Part shown: one piece after another, positions 51,558 through 61,018 of the stretch
How positions within the stretch are numbered: the first letter of the stretch is position 1
How the letters are laid out: every line of letters starts with the position of its first letter
Notes under the pieces: generated by a model
Told to the model about the DNA's origin: nothing
Seen by the model: only the letters and a program-made list of their open reading frames with translations
Database searches by the model: none
Assembly (NCBI GenBank): GCA_041665545.1
Contig: JBAYIQ010000001.1
Span: 44 to 64,043, forward strand
Direction: 5' to 3'
Source: Patescibacteria group bacterium
Lineage (GTDB): Bacteria; Patescibacteriota; Patescibacteriia; UBA1558; GWA2-36-10
Length of the DNA stretch: 64,000 nt
Translations under genes and position numbers: made by a program

Positions 51558-51884
51558 TTATTTTATAATTCTAAATTTAATCATTTTCACAATTGTATCT
51601 TCCCCTACTTTATCACCATAATATTTCTGATAGGTTCGCATTATTTCTTCGTGACTAACAAATTTTTCGTGTCCGTCAAAATCAGATTCGCTAATTTCCC
51701 CCAACTTCTTTTCATCAATACCGACAATTATTGCTTTGCCAAATTTTTGTCCGCTCTGTTTTTCGATAAATTCAAGTTCATCATTGACTGATAAATTTTT
51801 GTCATCAAACAAACGCCAAGTGGCAGTTTTTTCACCGGATAAAATCAAGGGGACCAAAGTAGTGTCAAATTTAAGTGTCTTCAT
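51558..51884 (-). CDS. ASCH domain protein
   Basis: ILSGEKTATWR. Confidence 0.8.
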   Translation of the reverse strand: MKTLKFDTTLVPLILSGEKTATWRLFDDKNLSVNDELEFIEKQSGQKFGKAIIVGIDEKKLGEISESDFDGHEKFVSHEEIMRTYQKYYGDKVGEDTIVKMIKFRIIK

Positions 51885-51888
51885 TTTT

Positions 51889-52185
51889 TTAGGCAGCTTG
51901 ATCCGGGTCATCATCTGGCTCAATTGGTTCTCCGGTTAGTTCGGCCAACTCTTCCTCTAACTTTCTGATTTGTCGGGAAACGTCTCCTACTTTTTTGTAG
52001 ATACTTGAACCAATACCACCAGTCTGATGATATTGGCGGGCGGTTCTGTGGGCGCCCTGGCTTGCACTCCTTAATTCAATAAGCCTCACCCTTATTTCCG
52101 CGATTTTAGCTTCTTTTTCTTCAGTGCCTAATTCCGGTTGAGGAGTTTCGGCTGCTGGTTGTTTAAATTTTTCCCAAAGATTCAT
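51889..52185 (-). CDS. Hypothetical protein
   Basis: 98-aa ORF. Confidence 0.55.
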   Translation of the reverse strand: MNLWEKFKQPAAETPQPELGTEEKEAKIAEIRVRLIELRSASQGAHRTARQYHQTGGIGSSIYKKVGDVSRQIRKLEEELAELTGEPIEPDDDPDQAA

Positions 52186-52221
52186 AAAATTTTTATTAAT
52201 TATTAATTGTTTATTAATATA

Positions 52222-52659
52222 TTATTTTATTTTCTGTTTATTGACTAGCCAAGAGCTAGACTGTACCTTGCCACCTTTGCCGACATTAAATATCATCTGG
52301 CATTTTATTTCTTTACATACTTGGACTTCGGGGATGTTGTCAAGTTTTCTATCACCGCCGTTGGCAAAGATATCCGGCTTGACTTGGCGTAAGGCCGTGC
52401 AGACACTCATATCTTTAGGATTTTTGGGGTGCTTGGTGATAACGACCTTATCTACGACCGCAAAAGCTTCTATTATTTCTTTACGCTCTTTTTCACGCAT
52501 AAAGACATAACCCTTTTTCTTTTTTAGCCAATTGTCATTATTTAAAATGACCACTAATTTGTCACCCAGTTTTTTGGCTGCTTCAAACATGCGAACATGG
52601 CCGATATGCACTGGATCAAAACCGCCAGAAACTGCTACTGTTTTATATTTATTTTTCAT
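52222..52659 (-). CDS. Cytidylyltransferase family protein
   Basis: GGFDPVHIGH, FANGGDR, SSS. Confidence 0.9.
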   Translation of the reverse strand: MKNKYKTVAVSGGFDPVHIGHVRMFEAAKKLGDKLVVILNNDNWLKKKKGYVFMREKERKEIIEAFAVVDKVVITKHPKNPKDMSVCTALRQVKPDIFANGGDRKLDNIPEVQVCKEIKCQMIFNVGKGGKVQSSSWLVNKQKIK

Positions 52660-52661
52660 TT

Positions 52662-53084
52662 TTATTTTTTACCATATTGTTGTTCTGAGTCCCGTAATTC
52701 CTCCAAAAATTGTTCTCGACGAAATTCACAAAGCCCAATAGCGTTGGCATTATCAACTTGATTTGAACCTGCTTTCAAATCCATTATTCGTTTTTCAATT
52801 TTCATAAGATCAGCGTGCACCTGTTCCTGGGTTCTTATTTCTACCAATTCAATATACGGCTCATTGGGTAATTCAGAGGGTTCATAAACGCCATATTGTC
52901 TGAGCGTATCCCATCTAGTATCCCAGCCTGGACCCGGCCCTTTGCTTGACGTTTCGTGAGAAAAATATTCGCGGATAGTATAACCACTATCAATTTCACG
53001 GTAAATTTTTCCATCAATAATTTTTATTTCCGGATCAATTTCCGCCAGTTTTTTAGCTCCTAGCTGTGGTTCTTTGGGTTCCAT
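52662..53084 (-). CDS. Hypothetical protein
   Basis: 140-aa ORF. Confidence 0.6.
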   Translation of the reverse strand: MEPKEPQLGAKKLAEIDPEIKIIDGKIYREIDSGYTIREYFSHETSSKGPGPGWDTRWDTLRQYGVYEPSELPNEPYIELVEIRTQEQVHADLMKIEKRIMDLKAGSNQVDNANAIGLCEFRREQFLEELRDSEQQYGKK

Positions 53085-53110
53085 AAAGTTAAAAAGATGG
53101 AATTATTTAA

Positions 53111-53145
53111 TTATTTTCCATGACATTTTTTATATTTTTGTCCTG
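53111..53145 (-). repeat. Degenerate copy of the secA 3' end (54091-54125)
   Basis: 31/35 identical; reads GQKYKKCHGK*. Confidence 0.85.
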
Positions 53146-53213
53146 TTTAATTCTTCTTTTATCGTTTTTATATATTCTGGAATTTTGTCCCTGACGAGCT
53201 TGTTATATTTCAT
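53130..53213 (-). pseudogene. 27-aa 5' stub of a MazG/HisE-like NTP pyrophosphohydrolase
   Basis: MKYNKLVRDKIPE is the characteristic N-terminus of that family. Confidence 0.65.
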
Positions 53214-53223
53214 GTTTTTGTAA

Positions 53224-53775
53224 TTAAACTAATGGCCCAGCTACAAAGACCTCTAATTTTTTCTTGCTAAAATAATATTTAAAAAAATTAAATCTCCCCA
53301 GTAAGGTCCAAGCAATTAATCGATGTGTTCCGTCCAAGTGCACCAGAGCTTCATTGTGGTACCCCAGTTTTTCATACACTTGCTGATCATATCCGGTCAA
53401 AGGCTTGGTGCTTAAGAAAATCGGACTGAATTCGGCTTTACCAAATCTAATAATTTTTTCAAAACAAGCGTTATTTTTTTCTTTATATTCTTCTTTTATT
53501 TTTGGCCAGCGAGCAATCACCTGACGCACAGTAGCGCCTTGGCGAGGTATAAGTGGGATGCCCACGCCTTCTTTTTCTGGATCTTGATGATAAACAAGTA
53601 GCGTATTGAGCACATCTTGCTTATAAAGTCGTACTTTGTGCCACTGGCCATGGAATTTTTCGTCGGCACAAACCAGCATTTCTCTGGCCCACTCGTTTGT
53701 ACCGTCAGTGACTACATGGCTTTGATCAAAAGACTTTAGCACTTCGGCTAAATCAACTTTTTGAAGAATTTTCAT
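53224..53775 (-). CDS. Hypothetical protein with a ParB-like DG.HR motif
   Basis: HLDGTHRL; ATG at 53775. Confidence 0.55.
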   Translation of the reverse strand: MKILQKVDLAEVLKSFDQSHVVTDGTNEWAREMLVCADEKFHGQWHKVRLYKQDVLNTLLVYHQDPEKEGVGIPLIPRQGATVRQVIARWPKIKEEYKEKNNACFEKIIRFGKAEFSPIFLSTKPLTGYDQQVYEKLGYHNEALVHLDGTHRLIAWTLLGRFNFFKYYFSKKKLEVFVAGPLV

Positions 53776-54101
53776 GTTTCTATTTCCTTTTGTGCCCACT
53801 TCATATAATCAGCACTTCCCTCAATAATTGGCAAAGCTATTATTTCCGGAATTTTATAGGGATGAATTTCTTTGATTGTTTTTTCTATTTTCTTATACTT
53901 GCCCTTTTTGGTCTTAACAAGACATAAGTATTCTTTAGATTTTTCTAATTTTCCTTTCCATCTATAGATACTGGTGATCGGACCAATTATTTGCGTGCAG
54001 GCAGATAATTTTTTATCTGATAAAATTGCGGCTATTTTTTCAGCATCACTTTTTTTGGCAACAGTGGTGGAAATTTGTATAAATTTTTGTTTATTTCCCA
54101 T
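53772..54101 (-). CDS. cutA: Divalent-cation tolerance protein CutA
   Basis: AC, S.Y.WKG, HPY.IPEI; ATG overlaps the secA end. Confidence 0.9.
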   Translation of the reverse strand: MGNKQKFIQISTTVAKKSDAEKIAAILSDKKLSACTQIIGPITSIYRWKGKLEKSKEYLCLVKTKKGKYKKIEKTIKEIHPYKIPEIIALPIIEGSADYMKWAQKEIET

Positions 54102-56847
54102 GACATTTTTTATATTTCTTACCTGAACCGCAGTAACACAAATCATTCCGGCCTATTTTGTGACCAGTTTCATCTGTTGGCTTGGAAGGTAAGACTTGAT
54201 TGGCTTGTTCTCGGTCCTCTACCTCTTTTTGAAAAGGCGTGTAGCCAACTTTTTTTTCAGTAAAAACTTTTTGTTGCTGACGCGTTTCTGGAACAGCCAT
54301 TTTTTTGGCTACACTGACTTTGAAAATAGTATAAACAATTTGTTTGCGAATACCTGTCATCAAGCTATTAAACAACTCAAAAGCTTGGCGTTTGTATTCT
54401 ACCAGTGGATCACGCTGTCCATAGCCCTGTAGACCAATGCCGGTGCGCAGTTTGTCCATGGAGGTCAAATGCTCCACCCATAGCGAGTCAATGCTTTTTA
54501 AAATAATACCGCGTTCAATGAACTGCATGGCGGTCCACTTGTCATCATCCAATTTTATGGATTGGTTGACTTCTGAAGCCACGGCCTCATATTTTTTGGT
54601 GGCCAAATCACCGAGATAATCAATCAAGCTGGTGCGCTCACCATGACCATTATTTATTTTATTTTGTGATAAATATTCGTTGACTTTGGCTTCTTCTTCG
54701 GTTGTCAGCGGAAATATGGTCAGTAAAGTTTCAATTATTTCTTGGGGGTTGAAATCGCCAACATTTTTTTGGGTCAAGGTATGGAAAGAAATCACTTGCT
54801 CCAATTCTTTGTGCACATATTCCAAGACCAAATCCCGACTGCTTTTATTTTCAGCCGAGGCGCTTTGTTCAGCAAAAAGCGTAATAATATTTTGTCGAGT
54901 TTTATAAATTACTTGGCGATGTTTGTTGATCACATCATCATACTCTACCAAATGTTTGCGAATATCAAAGTTGTGGCCTTCTACTTTTTTTTGGGCTGAT
55001 TCAATGGAGTTGGAAATCAATTTGTTTTCTATGGGCATATCATCGGGAATACCCAATTTATCCATCATGGTTTTCATACGGTCAGAGCCAAAAATACGCA
55101 TCAGGTCATCTTCCATGGAAATATAAAATTGCGATGAGCCAGGATCGCCTTGGCGACCAGAACGGCCTCTCAGCTGATTGTCAATGCGTCTGGACTCATG
55201 ACGCTCGGTACCCAAGACATGCAAGCCACCTAAAGATTTTATCTCATCGTGCTTGGATTTTTCAAATGGTTGGCCACCCAAAATAATATCAACACCACGA
55301 CCAGCCATGTTGGTGGCAATAGTCACAGCACCACGGCGTCCGGCCTGAGCGATAATTTCCGCTTCTTTTTCGTGGAATTTGGCATTCAATAACTGGAAAG
55401 GTACACCTTCTTTTTCCAATAATCTTCCTAAGTGCTCGTTCTTATCAATAGAAATAGTACCCACCAAAACTGGTTGGCCTTTTTGGTTCATTTCTTTGAT
55501 GCTTTGGACAATAGCTTTATATTTGCCTTTTTCATTTTTAAAAATTTTATCTTTTAGATCAGCTCTGGCAAAATTCCGATTAGTAGGAATCACGGTCACT
55601 TCCAAAGAATAAATTTTGGCCATTTCTTCGGCTTCAGTAGCGGCAGTGCCTGTCATGCCAGCCAACTTTTCGTACATCCTAAAATAATTTTGAAAAGTAA
55701 TAGTAGCCAAAGTCATACTTTCGCGTTGCACTTCCACATTTTCTTTGGCTTCAATGGCTTGATGCAAACCCTCAGAGTACCGGCGTCCCGGCATCATGCG
55801 ACCAGTAAATTCATCAATAATAACTACTTCACCATCGCTGACAATATAGTCGCGGTCCAAAGTATATAAAGTTCTGGCTCGCAGAGCTTGTTCTAAGTGG
55901 TGAACTGTTTGCATGCCATGGCTTTCGTAGATGTTGTCCACGCCAAGCATTTTTTCCATCTTTTTTATGCCTTCTTCACTCAAGGTGCAGGCCTTCATTT
56001 TTTCATCAATATTGTAGTCAGTGTTTTCTTCCAAGACACTTACTAGCTGGGAAAATTGTCGATATTTTTCGGTTGACTCCTCAGCTGGCGCGGAAATAAT
56101 AAGTGGTGTGCGAGCTTCATCAATCAAAATACTATCGACTTCATCAACAATGGCGTAATTTGAGCCCCTTTGTACCTGATCCTTGGCATCTTGGGCCATA
56201 TTATCGCGCAGATAATCAAAACCAAATTCATTATTGGTGCCATAAGTAATGTCAGCCGCGTAAGCTTCTTTTCTGGTTACTGGACGTAAAAAATCCTTAA
56301 TTACCTTAATCCCTTGATCTTGTAATTTTTTATCCTCCTCGGAAACATGGCTAGCATCATAGACAAATGATGCTTCGTGTTGGATAGTTCCCACTGTCAA
56401 ACCTAAAAAATCATATATTTGTCCCATCCAAACAGCGTCTCTTTTGGCCAAATAATCATTAACCGTAATCAGATGCACACCCTTGCCACTTAAAGCATTT
56501 AGATAGACTGCTAGGGTGGCCACCAGAGTCTTGCCCTCACCAGTTTTCATTTCTGCAATTTGACCACGATGCAAGACTATGGCGCCTAAAAGTTGAACAT
56601 CAAAATGTCGCATTTTAAGAGTGCGTTTACCTGCTTCTCTGACTAAGGCAAAAGCCAAAACCAAAACATCATCCAAGCTTTTACCAACTTGGACTTGTTT
56701 TTTTAGCTCAAGACTTTTGGCTTTGATTTCCTGATCGCTTAATTTCTCCAAATCCGGCTCTAGTTTATTAATCTCAGTCACTAGCCCGGTCAGCGAGTCA
56801 ATGTATTTTTTATTGGCGTCGCCAAATATTTTTTGTAGTATTCCCAT
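54091..56847 (-). CDS. secA: Preprotein translocase SecA
   Basis: MKTGEGKT, DEVDS, TNMAGRG, SEC-C tail. Confidence 0.98.
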   Translation of the reverse strand: MGILQKIFGDANKKYIDSLTGLVTEINKLEPDLEKLSDQEIKAKSLELKKQVQVGKSLDDVLVLAFALVREAGKRTLKMRHFDVQLLGAIVLHRGQIAEMKTGEGKTLVATLAVYLNALSGKGVHLITVNDYLAKRDAVWMGQIYDFLGLTVGTIQHEASFVYDASHVSEEDKKLQDQGIKVIKDFLRPVTRKEAYAADITYGTNNEFGFDYLRDNMAQDAKDQVQRGSNYAIVDEVDSILIDEARTPLIISAPAEESTEKYRQFSQLVSVLEENTDYNIDEKMKACTLSEEGIKKMEKMLGVDNIYESHGMQTVHHLEQALRARTLYTLDRDYIVSDGEVVIIDEFTGRMMPGRRYSEGLHQAIEAKENVEVQRESMTLATITFQNYFRMYEKLAGMTGTAATEAEEMAKIYSLEVTVIPTNRNFARADLKDKIFKNEKGKYKAIVQSIKEMNQKGQPVLVGTISIDKNEHLGRLLEKEGVPFQLLNAKFHEKEAEIIAQAGRRGAVTIATNMAGRGVDIILGGQPFEKSKHDEIKSLGGLHVLGTERHESRRIDNQLRGRSGRQGDPGSSQFYISMEDDLMRIFGSDRMKTMMDKLGIPDDMPIENKLISNSIESAQKKVEGHNFDIRKHLVEYDDVINKHRQVIYKTRQNIITLFAEQSASAENKSSRDLVLEYVHKELEQVISFHTLTQKNVGDFNPQEIIETLLTIFPLTTEEEAKVNEYLSQNKINNGHGERTSLIDYLGDLATKKYEAVASEVNQSIKLDDDKWTAMQFIERGIILKSIDSLWVEHLTSMDKLRTGIGLQGYGQRDPLVEYKRQAFELFNSLMTGIRKQIVYTIFKVSVAKKMAVPETRQQQKVFTEKKVGYTPFQKEVEDREQANQVLPSKPTDETGHKIGRNDLCYCGSGKKYKKCHGK

Positions 56848-56852
56848 AAAAA

Positions 56853-57212
56853 TTAATCATTCTTTCCCCAGAACTTTAGTGATTTAAAAAGACGATTTCC
56901 CCGACGCATTAATGAAATATTTCTTTCTTTCATTTTTTTTAATTGTCTAGCTAGATTTTCTTGCGCTAGATCCACTGCCGCCCGAGCATCAGCATTGCTT
57001 TCTTTGGCCATGATACTGCGTTGTTGTGGCATACTGATATGCACTTCCACTGTAAAGACATCACCTTTGTTGTGACGCTGGTCGCGAAATAGTTCTACTT
57101 TAAAATCAGTAATTTCCGCTTGAAATTTATCTAAGCTAGAAAATTTTTCACGCAAATATTGTTCAAATGGTTCAGTTAAATCAAAATTGTTTTTATAAAT
57201 TTGGATGTTCAT
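56853..57212 (-). CDS. hpf: Ribosome hibernation factor HPF/RaiA
   Basis: LT…Y.REK, A.D.A…L..QL.K.K; adjacent to secA. Confidence 0.8.
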   Translation of the reverse strand: MNIQIYKNNFDLTEPFEQYLREKFSSLDKFQAEITDFKVELFRDQRHNKGDVFTVEVHISMPQQRSIMAKESNADARAAVDLAQENLARQLKKMKERNISLMRRGNRLFKSLKFWGKND

Positions 57213-57294
57213 CCCGTTAGAAATTAGGTTAATTAAATTTTTTATATTTTTATATTAATCCCGCTAATATACGTAAATTTCTAACGGGATTCAT
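57208..57294. mobile_element. Short inverted-repeat element at the hpf start codon
   Basis: Perfect 15-bp TIR atcccgttagaaatt/aatttctaacgggat with ttcat on both sides. Confidence 0.7.
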
Positions 57295-57309
57295 GTTTTT
57301 ATTTTTTAA

Positions 57310-59118
57310 TTATTTTAATACTGCTTTAATGCGTCTGACACCAGCCGAAGATGACTCTTCTTTTATAATTTTAAATTCACCAAGTTCGCTGGTATTGCTA
57401 ACATGTGGTCCGCCACAGATCTCCTTTGAAAAACCCTCGACAGTATAAACTTTTACCTTATCGCCATATTTTTCTTCAAAAGAGCCCAAAGCCCCGTATT
57501 TTTTGGCTTCGGCTAGAGTCATTTCTTGGCAAGTGACAGTCAATTTTTTCTGAATTTGCTCATTGACTAAGTCCTCTACTTGTTTTATTTGTTCAGGCGT
57601 TAATTTGTCGGCATAAGAAAAATCAAAACGCACCCTTTCTTCGTTAATATTACTGCCTTTTTGTGCAATGTCAGCTTTTAATACTTGTCGCAAAGCTTGT
57701 AGTAATAAATGAGCGGCTGTGTGATGTTTTTTGGTATTTTCTTTGTCATCAGCCAAACCGCCTTTGAACATGCCAGCTGAAGCAGTGCGCGATAAATCTT
57801 GGTGCTTTAACATCTCATCCTTAAACAGTTTAGCAAAACTATCCTTGACATCCTGTTGTATAGCAATGCCACCATTAGAAATTCTTAAACTGTCCAATTC
57901 TTCAAAGGACATTTCGATAGGGAAACCGTATGTTTGATATAATGCCACTAGGTCTTTCACACTAATTGAAAATTCTTTAATAGAGCCCTTGTAATTGCTC
58001 GTAAATTTATTAAATTCTTTTAAACCCTTTTCCAATGTCTGTTTGAATTTATTTTCTTCTTTTTGTAATTCATCCAAAATAAACTTTGAATTTTTATTTA
58101 ATTCTGAATAAATATCTTGATACTGGTTAATAATCACTTTTGCTAAATCAACAGTAAAATTATTTTCAATACCTAATTCTTTGCCAAAACGAATAGCCCG
58201 TCTAACCAAACGCCGTACAACATAACCCTGATCTTTATTACTTGGGCTAATACCCCTTTCATCACCCATGATAAAAACAGCGCTTCTGATATGATCAGCA
58301 ATTATTCGAAAACTTTTTTTATTTTCTTCGTATTTCTGGCCAGCTAATTTTTCAAGCGTCTGAATCAATGTCCAAAATAATTCGGTGCGATAGTTATCAT
58401 CCACATTATTGAGCACTGCCAGAGTGCGTTCAAAGCCCATGCCAGTGTCAATGTTTTTTTGTTTTAGTGGTTCAAATTTTTTATCAGAAGTTTTATTGTA
58501 CTCCATGAAAACATCATTCCAGATTTCTACCAAATTTTTGTCTTCTGGATCAAATGATGTTGGATTTCCTTGACCCACCCAATAAAACATTTCGGTATCT
58601 GGACCACAAGGACCGCTAAGGCCAGCTGGTCCCCACCAATTATCACTTATTTTAGCAATTCTGTTGGCTGGTACTCCAATATCAAGCCATATTTTTTCCG
58701 CTTCTTGATCGTATTGTTTAACATCTTCATTGCCACCAAATATTGTAATAGCTAATTTTTTTTCATCTAGTTTTAAAATCTTAGTAAGAAATTCCCAAGA
58801 ATATTCAATGGCTTCTTTTTTTCCGTAGTCACCCAATGACCAATTCCCAAGCATTTCAAAAAAAGTATGGTGTGTGTTATCACCTACTTCATCAATATCG
58901 CTAGTGCGCACACATTTTTGAACACTAACCAACCTTGACCCTTGGGGATGCTTCTCACCCATCAAATACGGCACTAGCGGGTGCATGCCAGCTGTAGTAA
59001 ACAAAACAGTCGGGTCATTGTCAGGGATCAATGACGCTGATGGAATAATTTTATGGTCTTTAGACTGAAAATATTTTAAAAATTTTTCTCTCAAATCTTG
59101 GGCACTAAAAATTGGCAT
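57310..59118 (-). CDS. alaS: Alanine--tRNA ligase (short form)
   Basis: FTTAGM, HTFFEMLGN, DTGMG.ER, HTAAH, CGGPH. Confidence 0.96.
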   Translation of the reverse strand: MPIFSAQDLREKFLKYFQSKDHKIIPSASLIPDNDPTVLFTTAGMHPLVPYLMGEKHPQGSRLVSVQKCVRTSDIDEVGDNTHHTFFEMLGNWSLGDYGKKEAIEYSWEFLTKILKLDEKKLAITIFGGNEDVKQYDQEAEKIWLDIGVPANRIAKISDNWWGPAGLSGPCGPDTEMFYWVGQGNPTSFDPEDKNLVEIWNDVFMEYNKTSDKKFEPLKQKNIDTGMGFERTLAVLNNVDDNYRTELFWTLIQTLEKLAGQKYEENKKSFRIIADHIRSAVFIMGDERGISPSNKDQGYVVRRLVRRAIRFGKELGIENNFTVDLAKVIINQYQDIYSELNKNSKFILDELQKEENKFKQTLEKGLKEFNKFTSNYKGSIKEFSISVKDLVALYQTYGFPIEMSFEELDSLRISNGGIAIQQDVKDSFAKLFKDEMLKHQDLSRTASAGMFKGGLADDKENTKKHHTAAHLLLQALRQVLKADIAQKGSNINEERVRFDFSYADKLTPEQIKQVEDLVNEQIQKKLTVTCQEMTLAEAKKYGALGSFEEKYGDKVKVYTVEGFSKEICGGPHVSNTSELGEFKIIKEESSSAGVRRIKAVLK

Positions 59119-59275
59119 ATTTTATGTCTACTTTTATTGAATAATATACTAAAATATACCTATTTTTGGACAAAAAGTCAACATTTCTGCTCTATTGACA
59201 AACAGGCTAAATTATACTATTTTAGCTGAGTTAGTGCGATGTTTGATCCACCCTAATCTCATCAAAGGAGCTCTC

Positions 59276-59611
59276 ATGGACGACCGCGCTTTGAACTTTT
59301 CACGGAAACGTACCAATCTCTGGAACAGGATCTATGAAGCCCTGATACTGATAGACCCCTTGGGCAATGGCCAAACAGAAGTTCGGCATACTACTGTTTA
59401 TCTGCGAGTAGCTGAAAACTTCTGCCACAGCGTGATCACAGAAGTGATGGACAAACGTCTTCGTTCGGAAAATATCAGTGATTCTCTGACCGAATTGCTT
59501 ATCCGCGCTTTTTACCCCAGTCAGGTGGTAAGAAATGAAGATCTTGTCGCCAAGATCAAGCTCGTCATAGTTCAACTGGAAAAACCGGGGGAAATCATTT
59601 CCCACTTCTAG
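59276..59611 (+). CDS. Hypothetical protein, stand-alone unit
   Basis: AAGGAG RBS, TTGACA at 59195, terminator downstream. Confidence 0.65.
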   Translation: MDDRALNFSRKRTNLWNRIYEALILIDPLGNGQTEVRHTTVYLRVAENFCHSVITEVMDKRLRSENISDSLTELLIRAFYPSQVVRNEDLVAKIKLVIVQLEKPGEIISHF

Positions 59612-59629
59612 GACAGCAAAGTCCAAAGC

Positions 59630-59662
59630 ACAAGCCCCTAAGGGAACACCCTAGGGGCTTGT
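59630..59662 (+). terminator. Intrinsic terminator
   Basis: acaagccccta…taggggcttgt. Confidence 0.75.
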
Positions 59663-59705
59663 TAATTTTTTATTATGAAACAAAGGCAAAAAATCTTTAA
59701 AAACA

Positions 59706-59734
59706 GAAAGCGGGACTTTGTCTGCCCCGCTTTC
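59706..59734 (-). terminator. Terminator for the sigma factor gene
   Basis: gaaagcggg…cccgctttc. Confidence 0.6.
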
Positions 59735-59747
59735 CTCGTCTTTGTCC

Positions 59748-60521
59748 TTACTTTATAGCTCTGGAGTCTATACCTTTCCAGGCAAGCGCTTTCCTGAGGC
59801 GCTTCAGAGCTTTTTCCCTAATTTGGTATACTCTGCTGTTAGTAAGGCCGAGGTGTTTGCCTATTTCTTCCATAACGCGGTTTTCGTAGTAATGCATCAT
59901 TATCACGGTGCGTTCCGCTGAGGGGAGCTCTTGTAGCTTGATATGGAATAGCTCGCCGATGCCACTTCTAGCAAGGGCGATATATTGGTCTTGGCGACTG
60001 TCTTCTATTTTCTCTGACAAGCCGTTGGAGTCGTCGTCTAGGAATACGATTTCCATTCCGGCCAGTGTCTGCCAGTTTCTTATGGTGTCTACGTCTACGT
60101 CCAGGAATTTTGCTATATCATAGTCCGTTGGCATACGACCGAGTTTAACTTGGAGAACCCCTGTCACTCTCTCGATTTTCTTTTTTTTGGTACGAGCTTT
60201 ACGCGGTAGCCAATCCTGTCTCCGCAGTTCGTCTATCATAGCACCAACTATTCTTTTACTGGCAAAAGTTTCGAATCTGATGCCTCTTCGGTAGTCAAAT
60301 TTGGCCATCTGCTCAAGCATGGCCAAATTTCCACTGGCCAGCGCATCTTCAAGTGTGTAGCTCAGATCCTTGTTGGTTGGAAAATTCCTCCTTATCTTGT
60401 AGAATAGGATCCTGACGAAGTGGCTGTACAACTTGTACAGCTCCATCCTAGCTTGAGGATCCCCTCTTATCCTATATGCTTCCCAGAGTTCAAGGTGTGT
60501 TTCTTCCTGATTCTGTTTCAT
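59748..60521 (-). CDS. FliA/WhiG (sigma28-like) RNA polymerase sigma factor
   Basis: FETFA..RI.GAMIDELRRQDWLPR, LGR.PT, region 4 IG..LGLT.SRVYQI…AL..LR. Confidence 0.88.
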   Translation of the reverse strand: MKQNQEETHLELWEAYRIRGDPQARMELYKLYSHFVRILFYKIRRNFPTNKDLSYTLEDALASGNLAMLEQMAKFDYRRGIRFETFASKRIVGAMIDELRRQDWLPRKARTKKKKIERVTGVLQVKLGRMPTDYDIAKFLDVDVDTIRNWQTLAGMEIVFLDDDSNGLSEKIEDSRQDQYIALARSGIGELFHIKLQELPSAERTVIMMHYYENRVMEEIGKHLGLTNSRVYQIREKALKRLRKALAWKGIDSRAIK

Positions 60522-60651
60522 ATCATCGACCCCCCCATATGGTAAGACATGGTGTCAACGAACAAAATCGACTGAGATACTTTATCACGTCACAAAAAAC
60601 CGGTCAATTAAAAAGGTATTTTGTATTCTAGAGATATTTTAAGCTTTATAT

Positions 60652-60812
60652 AAAAAAAGAAGACCGCTAGAAATTAGTGGGTTGCCCGATGGGCTTAAAG
60701 TAGATGTTTTATGAGAGGGTGATGACTCCGCTGTCAGGGCCAATGTAATTTGCCATAACAGCGGAATCAACACCCATACTCCATCTACTGCCATCAAGCT
60801 TTCTAGCAGTCT
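60652..60812 (-). ncRNA. Putative rod-shaped ncRNA (unit 1)
   Basis: TTGACA-16-TATAAT at 60846-60819; nested helices including a near-perfect 20-bp stem; U tract. Confidence 0.65.
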
Positions 60813-61018
60813 GACTATATTATAGCACATTCTATAAATTTGTCAAGTCTATAAATATAATTTTGAATACTTGGCAAAAAAGCTATTTTTATAAAAACGC
60901 TCAAAATTAGCACTTTTATAGCTATATATTAGTCGATATATTATTTTTAATCTTCTCCTGTTGGCCATATTGTTGTCTATACAATATAAAGACGGCTATC
61001 AAGCCAAAATATAACAGC

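Noticed and set aside
46546-57294. Integron attC interpretation of the gttagaa/ttctaac elements
   Set aside because: The order is GTT…AAC, the reverse of attC (RYYYAAC…GTTRRRY), and the only recombinase here looks Xer-like.
450-58755. Numerous short antisense or nested ORFs in the track
   Set aside because: They lie within well-supported genes and have no motifs.
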